Assembly (NCBI GenBank): GCA_964016885.1 | Contig: OZ024740.1 | Coordinates: forward strand, 101,370,001-101,434,000 | Direction of reading: 5' to 3' | Source of the DNA: Eledone cirrhosa | Taxonomy: Eukaryota | Length of the DNA: 64,000 nucleotides | Shown here: piece by piece, positions 58,533-64,000 of the stretch | Position numbering within the stretch: the first letter of the stretch is position 1 | How the letters are laid out: each line of letters starts with the position of its first letter | Translations under genes and position numbers: made by a program | The notes under the pieces: generated by a model | The model's input: only the letters and a program-made list of their open reading frames with translations | Told to the model about the DNA's origin: nothing | Database searches by the model: none

Positions 58533-59482
58533 AGCATTTATTCCAATTTCTAATTTCTGCCGGACCGGCAACCGCTCTTTCAAACCAGTTCCTGTACACA
58601 GCTAAGTATTCTATAAGTCTCTAGCTGTGTCATTCTCGATAAAAGCACTGGATATGTAGTCCTGATGATTTCTAACGAGAATGAAACGCGTAGATTACTT
58701 CCCTTGCTTTTATCGAGAATCTAATTGTAATACGTGACGTATTCTATTCTATAGCGATTAGGTCTTCAAAATGTTTATTATAAACATACAGAATATTTTC
58801 GAATATTCTATGTCTATATTCACATATATATCGCTATTTCAGAGCATTTATTCCAATTTCTAATTTCTGCCGGACCGGCAACCGCTCTTTCAAACCAGTT
58901 CCTGTACACAGCTAAGTATTCTATAAGTCTCTAGCTGTGTCATTCTCGATAAAAGCACTGGATATGTAGTCCTGATGATTTCTAACGAGAATGAAACGCG
59001 TAGATTACTTCCCTTGCTTTTATCGAGAATCTAATTGTAATACGTGACGTATTCTATTCTATAGCGATTAGGTCTTCAAAATGTTTATTATAAACATACA
59101 GAATATTTTCGAATATTCTATGTCTATATTCACATATATATCGCTATTTCAGAGCATTTATTCCAATTTCTAATTTCTGCCGGACCGGCAACCGCTCTTT
59201 CAAACCAGTTCCTGTACACAGCTAAGTATTCTATAAGTCTCTAGCTGTGTCATTCTCGATAAAAGCACTGGATATGTAGTCCTGATGATTTCTAACGAGA
59301 ATGAAACGCGTAGATTACTTCCCTTGCTTTTATCGAGAATCTAATTGTAATACGTGACGTATTCTATTCTATAGCGATTAGGTCTTCAAAATGTTTATTA
59401 TAAACATACAGAATATTTTCGAATATTCTATGTCTATATTCACATATATATCGCTATTTCAGAGCATTTATTCCAATTTCTA
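58532..59482 (+). repeat. Same 310-bp unit in inverted orientation (~3.1 units); HHRs at 58656-58698, 58966-59008, 59276-59318
   Basis: AGAGCATTTA at 58841, 59151, 59461; reverse complement of the left block. Confidence 0.95.
58656..58698 (+). ncRNA. Minimal type I hammerhead ribozyme (representative of 9 copies)
   Basis: GTAGTC-CTGATGA-T-TTCT-AACG-AGAA-T-GAAA-CGCG-TA-GATTAC; stem I extended by a perfect 16-bp helix ATTCTCGATAAAAGCA/TGCTTTTATCGAGAAT. Confidence 0.88.
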
Positions 59483-59635
59483 TATATATATATATATATA
59501 TGTATGTATCTATATATATGTGTATCTATATATATATGTATATATATATATATGTATGTATGTATATATATATGTATATATATATGTATATATATATGTA
59601 TATATATATATATATATATATACATATATATATGT

Positions 59636-62600
59636 ATCATCATCATCATCATCATCAACGTTTAACGTCCGTGTTCCACGCTTGCATGGGTTTGGACGGG
59701 GGTTTTCCCACTTGAGGCAAGAGTGATTGTCTTGCTCGCATAGGACTGTCTGGCAGGTTTTCTACAGTTGGATGCCCTTCCTAACACCAACCACATTTAC
59801 AGTGTGGGTCTCGGAGGTTTTTACCGTGTTGCCTACACGGCCACATTACAGCGTGGACTGTGTGTTTTTTTGTCGTGACACCTACACGATCTCATTTGTT
59901 TCGGCCTGGATGGTGTGGCACCAACATAACTTTACATAGAAGGGGGCGGTGTGGATGGGGTTGGGTGGTGGGACGGGGGTGTATTTTGTTAGAGATGCCT
60001 ACTGACTGTAGGTTTCGCTTTGTATTTAGGTAAGGCGGGTCTTCTCTATTACTGAGTACCGCCAAAGGTCTCGGTCCTGTGACATTGTCTTGGTGAGGTG
60101 AAAGTGTGTGAGGTCGGTGTTTATCAGCTCGTCCCAGGTTTTTCTGGGTCTGCCTATTCCGTGGCTACCGTCTATCTTTATTGCCCTGCACTTTGTTATA
60201 CAGCTATCGTCCTTCATGCGCATCACGTGACCATACCAACGTAGTCTTCTCTCTAGTAAACAACATCTGATCCCTCTTATTTCTAATTTTTTCCTTAGTT
60301 CATTTATGCTTTGTCGTTCACGTATATTACTATTACACATCCAGCGGAGCATGCAAGCTTCGTTTCTCTCTAGTCTGCGTATATCCTCTGCACACAATGC
60401 CCAGGTCTCACTGCCATGCAACATTGCTGTTCGTATGCAGGCATCGTGCAGCCTGCCTTTCATTTTTAGGGAGAACCCTTTAGCGGCTAATAGTGGTATA
60501 AGCTCTCTGAACTTTTTCCACCCAGTTCTGACTCTAGCTACTGTACTTTCAGAGCACCCTCCCCCACTGCTGATTTTGTCACCCAGGTAACGGAAGCTGT
60601 CCACTATTTCTATAGAACCCTCTGCGCAGTTGAAAGAGCTAGTATTTTGTGGGCACTTGCTGCTACTTATATCCCCAGAACACCGGCTACATGTAAAATC
60701 TATGTTCTTAGTTAGCTTACCTGTGATCCCACTACATCTTTTATGCACCCAAACTTTGCATTTGGGACACAAAATGGAATGTCTACCTACGCCTTTCCTA
60801 CACTCTGCGCATGGCCACTTCCCGGAGGGGACCGCCGCCTTATTTTCTTTCTTACAAACTAGAACTTTAGTCTTAGCCAGGTTAATTTTAAGGCCTTTTG
60901 ATTCTAGGCCGTGCTTCCATGTTTGGAATTTCTTCTCTAGCTCGGCCATTGATTCAGCTATGAGCGTTAGATCATCTGCGTATAGGAGTTCCCATGGGCA
61001 GCCGGTCTTGAACTCCACTGTTATAGCCTGGAGGGCAATAATAAATAGTAGGGGGCTAAGGATAGAGCCCTGATGAACACCAACTTTTACACTAAACTCT
61101 TCGCTATATTCGTTGTTAATTCTAACCTTGCTGACTGTTTCTTTATACATGGCTTGTATAGCTCTCACAAGCCATTCATCAACGCCTAGTTTTCTAAGAG
61201 CCCACCAGATAATGGAACGGGGGACTCTGTCGAAGGCCTTCTCCAAGTCGACGAAAGCTAAGTATAGGGGTTTACTTTTAGCTAGGTACTTCTCCTGTAG
61301 TTGTCGTACAATGAAAAGAGCGTCTGTGGTACTTTTTCCTGACACAAACCCGAACTGCATTTCATCTAGATCAATTCGCTCTCTGATTAGTTGCGCTATT
61401 ACTTTTTCCGTGACCTTCATGACCTGGTCGATTAATGTAATGCCTCTATAGTTACTCATATCTAGGGCATCTCCTTTACCCTTATAACAGTTAACGATAA
61501 TGCTGCTACGCCAGTCCTTCGGAACAACCCCTTTCTGTATGACTTCGTTGACTATCCGGGTGACCATGGTGTGTTCCACCGTTCCAGATGCCTTCAGTAT
61601 CTCGGCAACTATTTCCGAAGGCCCAGCCGCCTTGCCTGTCTTCATATCTTTGATTGTCTTACTTATTATACTACTCTCGACTAACACTGCTGGTCCCTCT
61701 ATTGGGTCGATGTGGGGGAGACTGTCTTTCTCCCATTTATTCTCCTCATTTAGTAGCCTTTCATAGTGACACTTCCAAGCTACCTTCTTATCGGCGTCGG
61801 TGATGGCAAGTATGCCGTCATCGTTAAGTACACACTTTTCCCCGACAATATCACTGTTTTCCTTGACACATTGCCTAGCAATCCTGAACACCTCACGTTT
61901 TTGGTCCTCACGTTGTAGAACATGCTTGAACTTTCTTTCCTCTGCTTCCCTTCTTGCGAAGTACACTTGTCTCCTAGCTTCCCTCCTGGCCACTTGATAG
62001 TCTTCTCTGCTTCCCCCATCCCGCCATACTTTCCAAGCCTGCTTTTTGGCCTTAATTGACTCCTCCACCTTACTGTTCCACCACCATCTAACTCTCCTCC
62101 TGCCTACAGGCCTGCTCCAGCCGCAGACTTCGTCTGCCGCCGTCAGCAGGTTTGCTTTCAGGAATTCCCACTGTTCCTCTACCTTGTACGTCTCTAATTG
62201 CTCTTCCTCACTGTCGAAAGCATCAAGTAATATGCTTTGGAATTTATTTTTGGCTGTGGGGTCCTTTAGCTTCCATATTTTTCTCCTGAGGATAGTCCTC
62301 TTCTGTTGTCTAGTACGTCTCGTCCTGACTATTAGGTCGCTAATTATCAGTCTATGTTGGGAAGTGCATTCTTCATGGGGGAGGGATTTAGTGTTTACGA
62401 CAGTCACTTTGTCACGTCTTCTGGTAAGGATATAATCTACCTGGCTAGTATGTTCCCCTGATCTGTAGGTGATCAAGTGATTGTCTCGTTTTTTGAAGTT
62501 AGTGTTGCAGATAGTTAGGTTATTTGCGTCGCAGAATTCCAGGATTCTGGAGCCTTCCTCATTTCTAGTACCAAACCCATAGCCCCCATGGATTTCGTCG

Positions 62601-62893
62601 TAGCCGTCACAATGTTGTCCAACGTGACCGTTTAGGTCGCCTGCAATAATTATATAGTCACTGTCGGTTATTTGGGAGGTAGTGAGCATCAGTGTCTCAT
62701 AGAATCTGTCTTTTATAGTGCTGGGCAGTCCGGATTGGGGTGCGTACGCGGATATTACTGTCACCGTAGTTCTATTGAGGACAAGTCTTATTTTAATTAT
62801 TCTGTCGTTCACTCTATTTACGTCTATTATCTTATCTGCCCACTTTTCTGCTACCATGATTCCTACTCCACCCAGCCCATTGTCGTTTCCCAT
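59636..62893 (-). mobile_element. RTE family A, young copy truncated within the endonuclease
   Basis: (GAT)n tail, 3' UTR, uninterrupted ORF; possible TSD ATGTAT. Confidence 0.97.
60026..62893 (-). CDS. RTE polyprotein: APE endonuclease (N-terminus missing) + reverse transcriptase with PHD-like finger, 955 aa
   Basis: AYAPQ, GDLNGHVG, QVDYIL, SQHRL; DLEKAFD, GVHQGSILSP, YADD, FRYLG, RLRWYGHVMR. Confidence 0.92.
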   Translation of the reverse strand: MGNDNGLGGVGIMVAEKWADKIIDVNRVNDRIIKIRLVLNRTTVTVISAYAPQSGLPSTIKDRFYETLMLTTSQITDSDYIIIAGDLNGHVGQHCDGYDEIHGGYGFGTRNEEGSRILEFCDANNLTICNTNFKKRDNHLITYRSGEHTSQVDYILTRRRDKVTVVNTKSLPHEECTSQHRLIISDLIVRTRRTRQQKRTILRRKIWKLKDPTAKNKFQSILLDAFDSEEEQLETYKVEEQWEFLKANLLTAADEVCGWSRPVGRRRVRWWWNSKVEESIKAKKQAWKVWRDGGSREDYQVARREARRQVYFARREAEERKFKHVLQREDQKREVFRIARQCVKENSDIVGEKCVLNDDGILAITDADKKVAWKCHYERLLNEENKWEKDSLPHIDPIEGPAVLVESSIISKTIKDMKTGKAAGPSEIVAEILKASGTVEHTMVTRIVNEVIQKGVVPKDWRSSIIVNCYKGKGDALDMSNYRGITLIDQVMKVTEKVIAQLIRERIDLDEMQFGFVSGKSTTDALFIVRQLQEKYLAKSKPLYLAFVDLEKAFDRVPRSIIWWALRKLGVDEWLVRAIQAMYKETVSKVRINNEYSEEFSVKVGVHQGSILSPLLFIIALQAITVEFKTGCPWELLYADDLTLIAESMAELEKKFQTWKHGLESKGLKINLAKTKVLVCKKENKAAVPSGKWPCAECRKGVGRHSILCPKCKVWVHKRCSGITGKLTKNIDFTCSRCSGDISSSKCPQNTSSFNCAEGSIEIVDSFRYLGDKISSGGGCSESTVARVRTGWKKFRELIPLLAAKGFSLKMKGRLHDACIRTAMLHGSETWALCAEDIRRLERNEACMLRWMCNSNIRERQSINELRKKLEIRGIRCCLLERRLRWYGHVMRMKDDSCITKCRAIKIDGSHGIGRPRKTWDELINTDLTHFHLTKTMSQDRDLWRYSVIEKTRLT

Positions 62894-63007
62894 GTATGTA
62901 TGTATATATTTATTTAGGTTTGTTGATTCACCACTGGATAGAACTGGGCATTCCGTATGGTCAACCTTGATGTAAAATTAGGGAGAGCACTAAGTACGGA
63001 GTTAATT

Positions 63008-63232
63008 ATTATAAAATAACAGGAGGCTGGACTGGTGTAATTCGATAAAAGGTTTTTTATACTATAATCATTTCAATGACCGGGTTCGGTATGAATTCGG
63101 TGATATCATCATGTATTCGAAATATAACAAAGGAATATAATAGACAAAATACATGGGGCTGACAATCAGAGACATGAGGGCGACCGAACATTTAGCAGCT
63201 TCTACCCCGGTTGGCCACCCTCAAGTCACTTG
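63008..63232 (-). repeat. Dispersed repeat related to 5455-5677
   Basis: Inverted similarity with moderate divergence. Confidence 0.6.
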
Positions 63233-63234
63233 CT

Positions 63235-64000
63235 TTGAGAGCCTTGGGAGAGGGCTCCAACACTGATGGCATCTACCTTGATTTCAGCAAGGCCTTTGAT
63301 AGGGTTGATCATAAGTTTCTACTGAAAAAACTATCCAATATTGGTCTCTCTGGAAAGTTACTACAGTGGATCAAATGTTTCCTGACAGACAGAACCCAAC
63401 ATGTTTTAGACGAAGGAGTAAAATCAAGCCCTGCCAATGTCAGCAGTGGCGTCCCACAAGGCACTGTGTTGGGCCCACTTCTTTTCATCATCTACATTAA
63501 TGAAATTACTGACATCATCAAGCACAGCAACGTAAAAATCTTCGCAGATGATTCCAAGCTCCAAAGGGCCATTAATGAGGTGGGTGACGGGACTTGGCTT
63601 CAGTCAGATTTACTGGCTGTTATCCAATTGGCAGAAAAGAATAATATGCTGTTGAATGAGGATAAGTTTGAATTAATCCACTTTGGAAAAAAGGATGCTC
63701 TGAAACTACCATACTCTCTTCCTTCAGGTGAAACTCTAGTGGCATCCAATAACATCAGAGACCTGGGAGTAATTGTGGACAACAATATAAGCTGGGCCAC
63801 TCATATAAACAGCAAAGTTGATATTGCCCGCAGAATGTGTTCCTGGATTCTCAGAACTTTCCAGTCGACAGATATCGACACTGTTATCCTTCTCTTCTCC
63901 ACTTTTGCTCGACCCCACCTTGAACACTGTTGTCCACTGTGGTCTCCCCACACGAAACAAAGTATCATGAAAGTTGAAGCACCCGAAAAGTCAATTACAA
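63235..64000 (+). mobile_element. CR1-group LINE RT fragment, open frame running off the window
   Basis: IYLDFSKAFDRVDH, SGVPQGTVLGPLLFIIYIN, FADDSKL, RDLGVIVD, RPHLEHC.PLWSP. Confidence 0.92.

Noticed and set aside
56747-59482. CRISPR array or simple satellite interpretation of the 310-bp repeat
   Set aside because: No unique spacers and a eukaryotic context; a ribozyme in each unit and an inversion argue against plain satellite DNA.

Overview
AT-rich eukaryotic (animal) genomic DNA; the SINE/LINE repertoire resembles that of octopod cephalopods (inference). No host gene can be supported. The window is a mosaic of long (TA)n tracts and transposable elements. These include at least three RTE LINE families with (GAT)n tails and a C4HC3 PHD-like finger inside the RT (one 955-aa open ORF), an RTE-BovB-like LINE, CR1-group pieces, two R4/Dong-like RLE LINEs, a decayed DD37D (maT) transposon, tRNA-derived SINEs and several Penelope-like element (PLE) remnants. 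The main signal not captured by the ORF track is an RNA system with about 25 minimal type I hammerhead ribozyme (HHR) motifs from roughly ten unrelated sequence families, all read by eye. Nine lie in an apparently identical 310-bp tandem array (56747-59482) that flips orientation once and looks like a recently inserted non-LTR retrozyme (circRNA-derived). Most others sit in short fold-back modules inserted in (TA)n, always with the ribozyme 3' ends facing outward and one arm carrying an extra tail. Several have non-standard cores (U3-A8 covariation, mismatched base of stem II, long stem II).
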